64,000 nt of DNA. Origin: Dehalococcoidia bacterium (GTDB taxonomy: Bacteria > Chloroflexota > Dehalococcoidia > Bin125). The notes below the pieces were generated by a model that saw only the letters and a list, made by a program, of their open reading frames with translations, did no database searches and was not told where the DNA came from. The stretch spans positions 532,433 through 596,432 of the forward strand of contig CBDBQC010000003.1 in the NCBI GenBank assembly GCA_965209205.1, in the 5' to 3' direction. Below, piece by piece: positions 31,797 through 41,913 of the stretch. The translations under genes and the position numbers were made by a program. Positions within the stretch are counted from its first letter, which is position 1; each line of letters opens with the position of its first letter.

Positions 31797-34700
31797 TTAC
31801 GCGCCCGCGACGGCGACGGGCGCGGCCTCGATCTCCGCGGCGCCGAACTCGCCCAGCGCCGTCCGCAGCGCCTCGACCAGCGCCCAGCTGGTGGTGCAGG
31901 CGGGCAGCGCCAGCGTCACCGTCTCGCCCAGCCCGGCGATGGTGAGGTAGGCCCGGTGGTCGCCGGCGGCCTCGCGGACGAGGCGCAGCACCTCCTGCAG
32001 CCGCGCCCGGTCCGCATCCTCGTCGTCGGTCTCGCGCAGCCGGACTTGCAGCGCGGGCGGCGCGCTGGCGGCCGGGCGCGGCGCGGCGCGCGCGGCCGGG
32101 GCCGGGGCCGGGGCGGCGGCAGGCGGCGGCGCGGCCGTCCGGCCATTCGACGGGGCGGGCGCCGATCGGGCGTCGCCGGCGCCGGCCCGGGGTCGCGGCT
32201 TGCGCTCCCGCAGGTTCCAGCTCGCGGGGTCCTCGCGCGGCCGGCCGCCGTCGGGGCCGTCCTCCCAGATCGTCGCGTGCTCGACGGCGACGCTGAAGCG
32301 GTCGCTGCGCGAACGCACGCGCACGTGCGCGACGATGACGTTGCCCTCGGCCCAGAGATCGCGCGTGGCGGCGTAGACGTCGGGCCAGACGGTGAGTTCC
32401 ACCGTGCCCGTGAGGTCCTCGATCTCGACGGCGGCGAAGGGCTTGCCCTGGCGCGTGGTGAGCGGTCGCACCAGGGTGACCGCGCCCGCCACGATGAGAT
32501 CCTGGCCCTCGTGCTCGTCGCGGATCTCCCCGGCGGTGATCGTGACGTACCGGCGCAGCGCCGCGCTGTGCGGCTGGAAGGGATGCGCCGAGACGTACAG
32601 GCCCAGGAGTTCCTTCTCCCACTGGAGCTGCTCCGCGTTCGTGACGTCGGCGCCGGCGAGGTCTTCGAGCGCGAGCGCGGGGCGCGGCGTATCGACCTGT
32701 TCGCCGAAGAGGTCGAACATCGTCGTCTGACCGCTCTCGCGCAGATCGCGTTCCCGCTGGGCCAGGCGCAGGATGCGATCGACGCCGGCCAGGGCGGGCC
32801 CGCGCGCGACCAGGGTGTCGAGGGCGCCGGCCTTGATCAGGCTCTCCAGGGAGCGCTTGTTGAGCCCGCGCAGGTCGGTGCGGCGGCAGAGGTCCTCCAG
32901 GGAGGTGAAGGGGCCATCGGCGTCGCGCGCCGCGATCACGACCTTCATCGCCCCGTGCCCCACGTTCTTCACGTTGGCGAGGCCGATGCGGATGCCCGGC
33001 CGGCCGTCGGCCAGGACTTCGGCCTGGAAGGTCACGCCCGACTGATTGATGTCGGGCGGCAGCAGCGACATGCCCATCCGGGCGCACTCGGCCGCGGCCA
33101 GCCCCACGCGGTCGGATTTGCCGTCGGCGGCGCGCAGCACGGCCGTCATATAGGCGACGGGGTGGTGCGCTTTCAGGTAGGCCGTCTGGTAGGCGATGCT
33201 GCCGTAGCAGACGGCGTGCGCCTTGTTGAAGGCGTAGCCGGCGAACGGCTCCACCAGGTCGAAGACGGTGTTCGCCTGCTTGGTGCTGTAGCCCAGCCCC
33301 TCGGCCCCCTGCACGAAGCGGCCGCGCTCGGCCTGCATGACCGCGGCGATCTTCTTGCCCATGGCCTTGCGCATGATGTCGGCCTGGCCCAGCGAGTAGC
33401 CGGCGAACTTGCGCGCGATCTGCAGCACCTGGTCCTGGTAGACGATGACGCCGTAGGTGTCGTCGAGGATCTCGGCGAGGTCGGGGTGGGGGTAGGTGAT
33501 CGCCTCGTCGCCGTGCTTGGAGCGGATGAAGCGCGGGATGTGTTCCATGGGGCCGGGACGGAACAGCGCCACCATGGCCGCCAGGTCCGACATCCGGGTG
33601 GGCCTGAGCTCCTGCACGTAGCGCCGCATGCCCGGCGACTCCAGTTGGAAGACGCCGAAGGTGTCGCCCGTGGAGAGCAGCTCGAACGTCGCCGGGTCGC
33701 CGTCGGGCAGGTTGACGTAGTCGGGCCGCTCGCCGGTCTCGTCCTCCACGATGGCGACCGCCGCTTCGAGGATGGTGAGGTTGGCGAGCCCCAGGAAGTC
33801 CATCTTGAGCAGGCCGATTTCGGCGCACTGGTTCATCGCCCACTGGGTCATGGGGATGGCCTGCGCGTCGTCGGTGTCGCGGATGGGCCGCTGCAGGGGG
33901 ACGTTCTCGATCAGCGGCTCGCGCGCGATGACCACCGCCGCGGCGTGTGTGCCGGCGTGCCGAGCGACGCCCTCGAGCTTGCGCGCCTGGTCGACGAGCT
34001 TCTGGGTCTCCGGCTCCGTATCGTAGGCGGCGCGCAGCTCCTGGCTGCCCGACAGGGCGTCGTCGAGCGCGATGTTGATCTGCGTGGGGACGAAGCGGGC
34101 GATGCGGTCGGTCGCGCCGTAACTCATGCCCAGGGCGCGGCCGGTGTCGCGGATGGCGGCCTTCGCGCCCAGGGTGCCGAAGGTGATGATCTGCGCGACG
34201 CGGTCGTGGCCGTACTTGTCGGCGACGTAGCGGATCACCTCGTCGCGGCGGTCGTCGGCGAAGTCCATGTCGATGTCCGGCATCTCGCGCCGCTCGAGGT
34301 TCAGGAAGCGCTCGAAGATGAGGTCGTGCGCCATCGGGTCGATGTCGGTGATCTCGAGGCAGTAGAGGATGATGCTGGCCGCGGCGCTGCCGCGCACGCC
34401 CATGGCGATGCGCTGCAGGCGCGCGAACTGCGCGAAGTCGCGCACGATCAGGAAGTACTCGGCGAAGCCCGTCTGCTCCACCACGCTCAGCTCGTATTGC
34501 AGGCGCGCGATGTGCTCGGCGCTGGGGGCGCCGTAGCGCTGCTGCAGCCCGGCCGTGCTCAGATCGGCGAGGTGCTGCTGGGCGCTCGTGCCGGGCGGCA
34601 GGTCGGGGTCGGGCAGCTGCAGGCGGTTGAAGGTCAGCTCCACGTCGCTGCGCTCCGTGATCGCGACCGTGTTGCGCAGCGCCTCGGGCAACTCCGGGAA

Positions 34701-35453
34701 GCGCTCGGCCATCTCCGACTCGGCCGCCAGGTAGTAATCGTGGCCGTCCAGCTTGAAGCGGTCGGCCTGGTCCATCGTGGCGTTGGTGCCGATGCACAGC
34801 AGCACCTCGTGGCTAATGGCGTCCTCGGGCGCGGTGTAGTGCGAGTCGTGCGTGGCGACGAGCGGCAGGTCCAGCTCGCGGGCCAGATCGACGAGCTTGG
34901 GAATCACCGGCGTGAACTTGGGGTCGTGGTGGTTCTGCAGCTCGATGTAGTAGCGGTCGCCGAAGACCTCGCGGTACCAGCGGGCGGTGGCCAGGGCGTC
35001 GGCGTCGCGGGCCTCGTGCAGCGCCCGGTGCAGCTCCCCCGAGGGGCAGCCGGAGAGGACGATGAGGCCCTCGCTGTGGGCGCTCAGGCACTCCCGGTCG
35101 ACGCGGGGGCGGTAGTAGAAGCCTTCCAGGTGTGCCTTCGAGGACAGCGCGACGAGGTTGCGCCAGCCGGTGTTGTTCATCGCCAGCAGCGTGAGGTGAT
35201 GCGCCTTCACCCGGGCGGCCGCGTCGCGGTCGGTCATCTTGCCGGGCGCGACGTAGGCCTCCATGCCCAGGATGGGGTGGACGCCCGCGCCCCGGCCCGC
35301 CTTGTAGAAGTCGATCGCGCCGTACAGGTTGCCGTGATCGGTGACGGCCAGGGCTTCCTGCCCCAGCCGCTTGGCGCGTTCCATGAGCGCGTCGATCTTG
35401 GCAAGGCCGTCGAGCAAGCTGAACTCGGTGTGTGTATGGAGATGCGTGAACAT
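31797..35453 (-). CDS. dnaE: DNA polymerase III alpha subunit
   Basis: HLHTHTEFSLLDG PHP domain, RGSAAAS, MPDIDMDF, KMDFLGL, YAFNKAHA, OB fold. Confidence 0.99.
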   Translation of the reverse strand: MFTHLHTHTEFSLLDGLAKIDALMERAKRLGQEALAVTDHGNLYGAIDFYKAGRGAGVHPILGMEAYVAPGKMTDRDAAARVKAHHLTLLAMNNTGWRNLVALSSKAHLEGFYYRPRVDRECLSAHSEGLIVLSGCPSGELHRALHEARDADALATARWYREVFGDRYYIELQNHHDPKFTPVIPKLVDLARELDLPLVATHDSHYTAPEDAISHEVLLCIGTNATMDQADRFKLDGHDYYLAAESEMAERFPELPEALRNTVAITERSDVELTFNRLQLPDPDLPPGTSAQQHLADLSTAGLQQRYGAPSAEHIARLQYELSVVEQTGFAEYFLIVRDFAQFARLQRIAMGVRGSAAASIILYCLEITDIDPMAHDLIFERFLNLERREMPDIDMDFADDRRDEVIRYVADKYGHDRVAQIITFGTLGAKAAIRDTGRALGMSYGATDRIARFVPTQINIALDDALSGSQELRAAYDTEPETQKLVDQARKLEGVARHAGTHAAAVVIAREPLIENVPLQRPIRDTDDAQAIPMTQWAMNQCAEIGLLKMDFLGLANLTILEAAVAIVEDETGERPDYVNLPDGDPATFELLSTGDTFGVFQLESPGMRRYVQELRPTRMSDLAAMVALFRPGPMEHIPRFIRSKHGDEAITYPHPDLAEILDDTYGVIVYQDQVLQIARKFAGYSLGQADIMRKAMGKKIAAVMQAERGRFVQGAEGLGYSTKQANTVFDLVEPFAGYAFNKAHAVCYGSIAYQTAYLKAHHPVAYMTAVLRAADGKSDRVGLAAAECARMGMSLLPPDINQSGVTFQAEVLADGRPGIRIGLANVKNVGHGAMKVVIAARDADGPFTSLEDLCRRTDLRGLNKRSLESLIKAGALDTLVARGPALAGVDRILRLAQRERDLRESGQTTMFDLFGEQVDTPRPALALEDLAGADVTNAEQLQWEKELLGLYVSAHPFQPHSAALRRYVTITAGEIRDEHEGQDLIVAGAVTLVRPLTTRQGKPFAAVEIEDLTGTVELTVWPDVYAATRDLWAEGNVIVAHVRVRSRSDRFSVAVEHATIWEDGPDGGRPREDPASWNLRERKPRPRAGAGDARSAPAPSNGRTAAPPPAAAPAPAPAARAAPRPAASAPPALQVRLRETDDEDADRARLQEVLRLVREAAGDHRAYLTIAGLGETVTLALPACTTSWALVEALRTALGEFGAAEIEAAPVAVAGA

Positions 35454-35568
35454 CGGTCTGGGGAGCGTAGCAACGGACGGGCCGTCGGCGTCGCGCGTGT
35501 GGCCGGGCTGGGGAAATCATGTGGACGGGGGCGCGGGTGGCGGGGCGGAACCGCACCCCCTGCGTGGG

Positions 35569-35622
35569 AACCTCACCCCCAGCCCCCTCTCCAGCGAAAG
35601 CGCTGGAGAGGGGGAACCGGAA
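35569..35622 (+). repeat. Hairpin repeat family A, copy 1
   Basis: AACCTCACCCCC followed by CCCCCTCTCCAGCG-aaag-CGCTGGAGAGGGGG. Confidence 0.85.
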
Positions 35623-35636
35623 GGGGCGGGGGCGGG

Positions 35637-35662
35637 AAGGGCGGTTCGCGAACCGCCCCTAC
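35637..35662 (-). repeat. GTAG-type REP palindrome
   Basis: Reverse complement GTAGGGGCGGTTCGCGAACCGCCCTT; second copy at 43525. Confidence 0.85.
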
Positions 35663-35829
35663 GGGAGCTCGCCGATGCAGGGGCCAGACGGCGACTGGGG
35701 TGGCGGAATTGCGCATCCGCCATAACGGCGCGCCGCATTCGGGTCGCGGGACGGTACACTTCGACACGTGGTGGGAACCGGTCTTCACACACCGGCCGGA
35801 CTTGATGCGGCGCGCCGCGCGCGCCGCTG

Positions 35830-35858
35830 AGGCGCCAGCCTGCGGGCCGGCGCCTTTT
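35830..35858 (+). terminator. Putative intrinsic terminator in the leader of the SWIM gene
   Basis: GGCGCCaGCC-tgcg-GGCcGGCGCC followed by TTTT. Confidence 0.5.
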
Positions 35859-35931
35859 CGTGTCCGCCGCCGTGGACGATCGCTCCCCCACTTCGGTCGG
35901 CGCAGCGGATCGGCGAGGACGGGACACCGGC

Positions 35932-36192
35932 ATGCACAGCAGTCTCATCGGCAAGATCGCCAAGGCGCGCATCTACGCGGAGGAGCGGGACCGCATCACG
36001 ATCGAATCGATCGCGTGCGAGATCCGCGGCGACAACGCCAGCCATACGGTGCAACTGCGCGAGGGCGTCTGGCAGTGCGACTGCCACTTCTTCGCCGGCT
36101 ACGACACCTGCAGCCACGCGATGGCGCTGGGGCGCATCCTCTCGGGCATGCTGCCGGCCGAGCCGGCGCTGCCCCCCGCCGCGACCGCCTAG
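35932..36192 (+). CDS. Small SWIM zinc-finger protein
   Basis: MHSSLIGKIAKARIYAEE...GDN...WQCDCHFF...TCSH (CxC...CxH). Confidence 0.85.
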   Translation: MHSSLIGKIAKARIYAEERDRITIESIACEIRGDNASHTVQLREGVWQCDCHFFAGYDTCSHAMALGRILSGMLPAEPALPPAATA

Positions 36193-36235
36193 CCCCCGCC
36201 GCAGCGGCCACGCGCCCCCGGCCCGCCCGCGGCCG

Positions 36236-37486
36236 CTACGTCGCGGCGCGGAAGACGAGGCAGGCGTTCTGCCCGCCGAAGCCGAATGAGTTGCTCAGCA
36301 CGACGCGCACCGTCGCCTCGCGCGCGACGTTGGGCACATAGTCCAGATCGCATTCGGGGTCGGGCGTCTGCTGGTTGATCGTGGGATGGATCGTCCCCGT
36401 CTCCAGGGTGCGCACGGCGGCGACGGTCTCGAAGGCGCCGGCCGCGCCGAAGCTGTGCCCGGTCATCGACTTGCTGGAGCTGATGGGCACGCGCGCCGCC
36501 GCCTCGCCCAGCGCGATCTTGATGGCCTCGGTCTCGGAGATGTCGTTGAGTGGCGTCGAGGTGCCGTGGGCGTTGATGTAGTCGATCTCCTCCGGCGCGA
36601 CGCCGGCGTCGGCCATGGCCCAGCGCATGGCCCGCACGGGGCCGGCGCCGCTGGCGTCCGGCGCGACGAGGTGCGAGGCGTCGCTGCTGCAGCCGAAGCC
36701 GGCGACCTCGGCCCGCAGCCGGGCGCCGCGACCCCGCGCGTGCGCCTCGCTCTCCAGCACCACGATGGCCGCTCCCTCGGCGGGCACGAAGCCGTCGCGA
36801 TCGGCGTCGAAGGGGCGCGACGCCGCCGCGGGGTCGTCGTTGCGACCGGTCGAGAGGGCCCGCATCACCGCGAAGCCGCTCAGCCCCAACTGGCAGAATC
36901 CGGCCTCCGTGCCGCCGCAGATCATGATGTCGGCGTCGCCGCGGCGGATCACCTCGCTGGCGTCGCCGATGGCCTGCGTGCCGGCCGCGCAGGCGGTCAC
37001 GACGGTGTTGTTGAAGCCGCCCAGCCCGAACTGCATGGCGACGTTGGCGGCGGCCATGTTGGGCAGGATGCGCGGCAGGAAGAAGGGGTCGATGCGCATG
37101 CCGCCCTTTGCGTCCAGCACGCCGGCCGCCTTCTCGACGTCGGGGAAGCCGCCGTTGCCGTTGCCCAGCAGCACGCCGATCCGTGCGCGCTCCTCCCCGT
37201 CGAGGTCGAGGCCGGCGTCCTCGATGCTCTCGCGCGTCGCGGCGACGGCGAGTTGTGAGAAGCGCGCCATGCGCCGGGCGGCCTTGCGGTCCATGTGATC
37301 ACGCGCGTCGAAGTCGCGCACCTCGCCGCCGATCCGGCAGGGGAAGCCGGTCGTGTCGAAGCACGTGATCGGGCCAATGCCGCTCTGCCCGCCGGCCAGC
37401 GCCGTCCAGAAGGCGTCGACGCCCAAGCCCAGCGGGGTCATCGCGCCCAGCCCGGTGATGAAGACGCGGGGACGGGAATCGGTCAT
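36236..37486 (-). CDS. fabF: 3-oxoacyl-ACP synthase II
   Basis: VFITGLG, TACAAG, INAHGTST, SKSMTGH, SNSFGFGGQN; true start at ATG 37486. Confidence 0.97.
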   Translation of the reverse strand: MTDSRPRVFITGLGAMTPLGLGVDAFWTALAGGQSGIGPITCFDTTGFPCRIGGEVRDFDARDHMDRKAARRMARFSQLAVAATRESIEDAGLDLDGEERARIGVLLGNGNGGFPDVEKAAGVLDAKGGMRIDPFFLPRILPNMAAANVAMQFGLGGFNNTVVTACAAGTQAIGDASEVIRRGDADIMICGGTEAGFCQLGLSGFAVMRALSTGRNDDPAAASRPFDADRDGFVPAEGAAIVVLESEAHARGRGARLRAEVAGFGCSSDASHLVAPDASGAGPVRAMRWAMADAGVAPEEIDYINAHGTSTPLNDISETEAIKIALGEAAARVPISSSKSMTGHSFGAAGAFETVAAVRTLETGTIHPTINQQTPDPECDLDYVPNVAREATVRVVLSNSFGFGGQNACLVFRAAT

Positions 37487-38883
37487 GGCACTCCCCGTTC
37501 GTCGCGCGACGGCGCCGGCCGCCCGCCGGCCTGACGTTGAATATATGCACGCGCCTCGGCCGCCACAAAGAGGGATCCCAACACACACACCAGATCGCCG
37601 GGGCCGGCCAGGGATCGCGCCGTCTCGACGGCCGTCGCGACGCGCGGCTCGACGACGATCTCGGGGACGCGCGAGGCGAACACCTCGGCCGCTTCCTGGG
37701 CCGGCCGGCTGCGGGGATGCCGCGCCGCCGTTACGACGACCGCCGAGGCCCGCGCTGCCAGCCGATCGGCCATGGGCGCCAAGTCCTTGTCGCGCAGGAC
37801 GCCGACCACGGCGATGAGCCGATCGTAGGTGAAGTAGTGCGGCAGCGAGTCGAGCACCCGGATCAGCGATTCCTCGTTGTGCGCCCCGTCGATCACGACC
37901 TGGGGGTCGCGTGCGATCGTCTCCAGCCGCCCCGGCCAGGCGACCGTGGCGAGGCCGGTGTGCAGGGCGGCATCGGACACCGCCAGGCCCTGGCGGCGCA
38001 ACTCGTCGACCGCGGCCACGGCCGTGGCGGCGTTCTCGATCTGGTGCCGGCCCAGCAGGGACAGCAGGTGCAGCGCCTCGGCGGGCTCGCCCGCCGCCGG
38101 CCGCCGCCGCCGCAGGCGGAACCACTGCCCCGCCGCCTCGTGCCCGGCGGGCGACGTCGCGTAGCGCTCGCCGACGTCGACCAGGGGGGCCGGGATGTCG
38201 TCGACGTGCGCGCGCACGGTCTGCGCCGCCGCGGCGCTGCGCTGCGGGCCCAGCACCACGGCGTTGGTGGCCGCGTGCACGATGCCGGCCTTCTCCCACG
38301 CGATCTTGCGGATGTCGTCGCCCAGGACGTGCACGTGCTCCTTCGAGAGCGCCGTCACGACGGCCACGTCCTTGCGGCGCATGACGTTCGTGCAGTCCAG
38401 CCGCCCGCCCAGGCCGACCTCGATGATCTGCACATCGACGGCGGCGTCGCGGAAGGCGCTGAAGGCCATCGCGGTCAGGATCTCGAAGGTGCTCAGGCGG
38501 CCCGGGGCGTCGTGCAGTTCCGCCTCCAGGACGGGGCGGACCGACTCGACGAGGGCGGCGAAGCGCTGCGGGGCCAGCGGCTCGCCGTCGAGCCGGATGC
38601 GCTCGCGGAAGTCGTGCACGTGGGGGCTGCTGAAGAACCCGGTGCGCAGCCCGGCGGCGCGCAGGATCGATTCGATCATCGCCGCCGTCGAGCCCTTGCC
38701 CTTGGAGCCGGCGACGTGCACGGTCAGGCGCGGCGCCGCGGCCGTCCCGTCTTGCGGCCGGCCCAGGCGATCCATGAGGGCGTTGATCCGGTCGAGCGCG
38801 AAGGCCTCCGGCACACGGCGGGCGCCGCCGCGCTCGAAGTCGGCGAACCCCAGGATGTACTCGATGGCGGCGGCGTAGTCCAT
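37483..38883 (-). CDS. folC: Dihydrofolate/folylpolyglutamate synthase
   Basis: HVAGSKGKGST, SPH..RERI, TFEILT, EVGLGGRLDCTN, WPGRLE, DGAHN. Confidence 0.97.
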   Translation of the reverse strand: MDYAAAIEYILGFADFERGGARRVPEAFALDRINALMDRLGRPQDGTAAAPRLTVHVAGSKGKGSTAAMIESILRAAGLRTGFFSSPHVHDFRERIRLDGEPLAPQRFAALVESVRPVLEAELHDAPGRLSTFEILTAMAFSAFRDAAVDVQIIEVGLGGRLDCTNVMRRKDVAVVTALSKEHVHVLGDDIRKIAWEKAGIVHAATNAVVLGPQRSAAAAQTVRAHVDDIPAPLVDVGERYATSPAGHEAAGQWFRLRRRRPAAGEPAEALHLLSLLGRHQIENAATAVAAVDELRRQGLAVSDAALHTGLATVAWPGRLETIARDPQVVIDGAHNEESLIRVLDSLPHYFTYDRLIAVVGVLRDKDLAPMADRLAARASAVVVTAARHPRSRPAQEAAEVFASRVPEIVVEPRVATAVETARSLAGPGDLVCVLGSLFVAAEARAYIQRQAGGRPAPSRDERGVP

Positions 38884-39059
38884 CGTGCTCTCGCGCCGGC
38901 GGGCCCGCGCCGGCCCGGCCATGGTACGGGACGCTTGACCTTCCCGCGGGACTGGGGCGACGCTGCCCCACACGAGTCGGTCCGCGGCCGGCCGGTCGGC
39001 CGGAACGGAGCCGCGGGGACTGCGTGATCGGGATTGGGCGATCGGGAAGGGGCGAACCC

Positions 39060-40049
39060 ATGTCAGAAGCGAATGTGGCCCCGGCGCCGGGCGACCGCTT
39101 GCACGACACCCTGGCCCGGCGGCTGCCGCCCGCCGAAGCGGCGGCCGGCCTGGACGTCGTGATCGAGGCGATCGCGCGCGGGGCGGCCGGCGTCGATCGG
39201 CTCACGCGGCAGGCGGCGCTGGCCGACGTGCTGGGCGACACCGGCGAGACCAACGTGCAGGGCGAGCTCGTCCAGCGCCTCGACGCCGAGGGCACGCGCA
39301 TCTTCGTCGCGGCGCTGCAGGACTGCGGGCGCGTGGCGGGGCTGGCCTGCGAGGAGCTCGAGGCGATGGTGCACGTCAGCGACGCGCCCGATCACCCCTA
39401 CCTGGCGCTGTTCGACCCGGTCGACGGCTCCAGCAACATCGACGTGGGCGTCACCATCGGGTCGATCTTCGCGATATACCGCCGCCTCGACGACGCGCCC
39501 GTGGACGAGGCGACGCTGCGCCGCCCGGGACGCGACCAGATCGCCGCCTGCTACGCCATCTACGGCTCCAGCACGGTGCTCGTCGTCGCGACGCGCGCCG
39601 GCGTCGACGGCTTCACGCTGGACCCCGACTCGGGCGCGTTCCGGCTCACGCATCGCGGCATCCGCATCCCCGCGAAGGTGTCCTGCTACTCCGTCAACGA
39701 GGGCAACCAGGACCGCTGGACGGCGCCCATGCAGGACGCCGTGGCCGCGCTGCGCGCGCGCTACGGGCTGCGCTACGTCGGCTCGCTGGTGGCCGACTTC
39801 CACCGCAACCTGCTCAAGGGCGGCATCTTCCTCTACCCCGGCGACGTCAAGAGCCCGGCCGGCAAGCTGCGCCTGGGCTACGAGGCGAACCCCCTCAGTT
39901 TCGTCGCGGAGCAGGCCGGGGGGCGCGGCAGCACCGGCGCCGGGTCGATCCTCGACGTGCCGCCGCAGGCGCTGCACCAGCGCACGCCGCTGATCGTGGG
40001 CAACGCCGACCTGGTCGGGGAAGTCGAGCGCGTCCTGGCCGGGGCCTGA
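39060..40049 (+). CDS. fbp: Class 1 fructose-1,6-bisphosphatase
   Basis: NVQGE, FDPVDGSSNID, RYVGSLVADFHR, GKLRLGYE. Confidence 0.96.
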   Translation: MSEANVAPAPGDRLHDTLARRLPPAEAAAGLDVVIEAIARGAAGVDRLTRQAALADVLGDTGETNVQGELVQRLDAEGTRIFVAALQDCGRVAGLACEELEAMVHVSDAPDHPYLALFDPVDGSSNIDVGVTIGSIFAIYRRLDDAPVDEATLRRPGRDQIAACYAIYGSSTVLVVATRAGVDGFTLDPDSGAFRLTHRGIRIPAKVSCYSVNEGNQDRWTAPMQDAVAALRARYGLRYVGSLVADFHRNLLKGGIFLYPGDVKSPAGKLRLGYEANPLSFVAEQAGGRGSTGAGSILDVPPQALHQRTPLIVGNADLVGEVERVLAGA

Positions 40050-40205
40050 CCGGCGGCCGGCCCGGCGGCGCAAGATGTCCACCATCGAATCCCCAGCCGC
40101 TCCCCAGGCATCGTCCCTGACGGGCAGGCGCGCTAGGATCGATCCCGCTCTCGCCGCGATCGGCCCCGAGATCCGGGCGGCGGCGGGCGAACCCCGGAGG
40201 ACCCC

Positions 40206-41237
40206 ATGAACGCGGACCAACTGGCGGCGACGGCGCGGGCGCTCGTCGCGCCCGGCAAGGGCATCCTGGCGGCCGACGAGAGCACGCCCACGATCCAGAA
40301 ACGGCTGGCCAGCATCAACGTGCCCTCGACGGAGGAGAACCGCCGCGACTGGCGCGAACTGCTGTTCACCTGCCCGGGCATCGGCGAGACCGTCAGCGGC
40401 GTCATCCTGTACGACGAGACGATCCGGCAGGAGGCGTCGGACGGCCGCCGCCTGGCCGACGTGCTGGCGTCGCAGGGGGTGATGCCGGGCATCAAGGTCG
40501 ACACCGGCGCCAAGGCGCTGGCCGGCGCGCCGGACGAGAAGATCACCGAGGGCCTCGACGGCCTGCGCGACCGCGCCAACGAGTACCGCGAACTGGGCGC
40601 GCGCTTCACCAAGTGGCGCGCCCCGATCGCGATCGGGCCGGGGCTGCCCTCGCGCTACTGCATCGACGTCAACGCGCACGCGCTGGCGCGCTTCGCGGCG
40701 CTGTCGCAGGAGGCGGGGCTGGTGCCCATCGTCGAGCCGGAGGTGCTGATGGACGGCGACCACAGCATCGAGCGCTGCTTCGAGGTGACCGAGGCGACGC
40801 AGCGCCGCGTCTTCGAGGAGCTGGCGGCGCAGGGTGTCTCGCTGGAGGGCATGCTGCTGAAGCCGAACATGGTGCTGTCGGGCAAGGACGCGGCCGTGCG
40901 CGCCGACGCGGCGGGCGTCGCCGCGGCGACGCTGGGCTGCTTCCGCCGCACGATCCCGCCCGCGATGCCCGGCGTCGTCTTCCTCTCCGGCGGCCAGGGC
41001 GACGAGGAGGCGACCGTCAACCTGGATGCGATCAACCGGCTGGCGCAGGCCGAGGGGGCGCCCTGGCAGTTGAGCTACTCCTACGGGCGCGGCCTGCAGG
41101 CGACGCCGCTGCGCACCTGGGGCGGCGACCCGGCCAACGTGGCCGCGGCCCAGGCCGCCTTCCAGGAGCGGGCGCAGGCCACCAGCGCCGCCCGCCGAGG
41201 CGCCTACGACCCCGCCGCGGCGACGGCCGGCGTCTGA
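40206..41237 (+). CDS. Class I fructose-bisphosphate aldolase
   Basis: GKGILAADES, GIKVD, FTKWR, VPIVEPEV, LLKPNMV, FLSGGQ, SYGRGLQ. Confidence 0.97.
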   Translation: MNADQLAATARALVAPGKGILAADESTPTIQKRLASINVPSTEENRRDWRELLFTCPGIGETVSGVILYDETIRQEASDGRRLADVLASQGVMPGIKVDTGAKALAGAPDEKITEGLDGLRDRANEYRELGARFTKWRAPIAIGPGLPSRYCIDVNAHALARFAALSQEAGLVPIVEPEVLMDGDHSIERCFEVTEATQRRVFEELAAQGVSLEGMLLKPNMVLSGKDAAVRADAAGVAAATLGCFRRTIPPAMPGVVFLSGGQGDEEATVNLDAINRLAQAEGAPWQLSYSYGRGLQATPLRTWGGDPANVAAAQAAFQERAQATSAARRGAYDPAAATAGV

Positions 41238-41313
41238 TCCGGCCGCCCGGCCGCGCCCCGTGGCGCCCAACGGACCCGACGTCATTCAGGGCTGGCCCGT
41301 GCGGGACGGGCGC

Positions 41314-41913
41314 ATGCGGCTGCTCATCGCGACGGGCAACGCCGGCAAGATCCGCGAGCTCCGCGCGCTGTTCGACCCCGCCCGCTGGGACGTCGTGACG
41401 CCCGACGAGGCCGGGATCGCGGGCCTGGAGGTCGTGGAGGACGGCGACACGCTGCGGGCCAACGCGGCCAAGAAGGCGCGCGCCTACGCCAACGCCGCGG
41501 GCCTGCCCGCGCTGGCCGACGACTCGGGCCTGGAGGTCGATGCGCTGGGCGGCGCCCCCGGAGTGCGCAGCGCGCGTTATGCTGGGGAGAGCGCAACGGA
41601 CGCGGACAACCGCGCCAAGCTGCTGGCGGCGCTCAAGGGCGTGCCGGCGGCGCGGCGCGGCGCGCGCTTCCGGGCGGTCGTGGCGCTGTCGTTCCCGTAC
41701 GGACCCAACGTGCGGCTGGGCGAGGGCGCGGTGGAGGGACGCATCGCGATGGACGAACGCGGCGAGCACGGCTTCGGCTACGACCCCGTCTTCGCGCTGC
41801 CCGACGGGCGGCGCATGGCGGAACTCGGCCGGGCCGAGAAGAACGCGATCAGCCATCGCGGCCGCGCCGTGCGTGATCTGGCCATGCTGCGCGGCTGGCT
41901 GGCCGCGCCATGA
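41314..41913 (+). CDS. rdgB: dITP/XTP pyrophosphatase
   Basis: [37 protein letters not shown]. Confidence 0.97.
   Translation: MRLLIATGNAGKIRELRALFDPARWDVVTPDEAGIAGLEVVEDGDTLRANAAKKARAYANAAGLPALADDSGLEVDALGGAPGVRSARYAGESATDADNRAKLLAALKGVPAARRGARFRAVVALSFPYGPNVRLGEGAVEGRIAMDERGEHGFGYDPVFALPDGRRMAELGRAEKNAISHRGRAVRDLAMLRGWLAAP

Noticed and set aside
31956-36341. Very long ORFs such as 31956-36341, 56197-60429, 12851-15586, 47731-50751 and 50663-53539
   Set aside because: Antisense or alternate-frame shadows of real genes, expected at this GC content.
36236-39301. 1021-aa apparent FabF fusion
   Set aside because: The upstream part is an off-frame read of folC; FabF starts at 37486 with an SD and ATGA overlap.
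39060-41237. Calvin-cycle cluster (class I fbp and fba)
   Set aside because: No RuBisCO or phosphoribulokinase in the window; consistent with ordinary gluconeogenesis.
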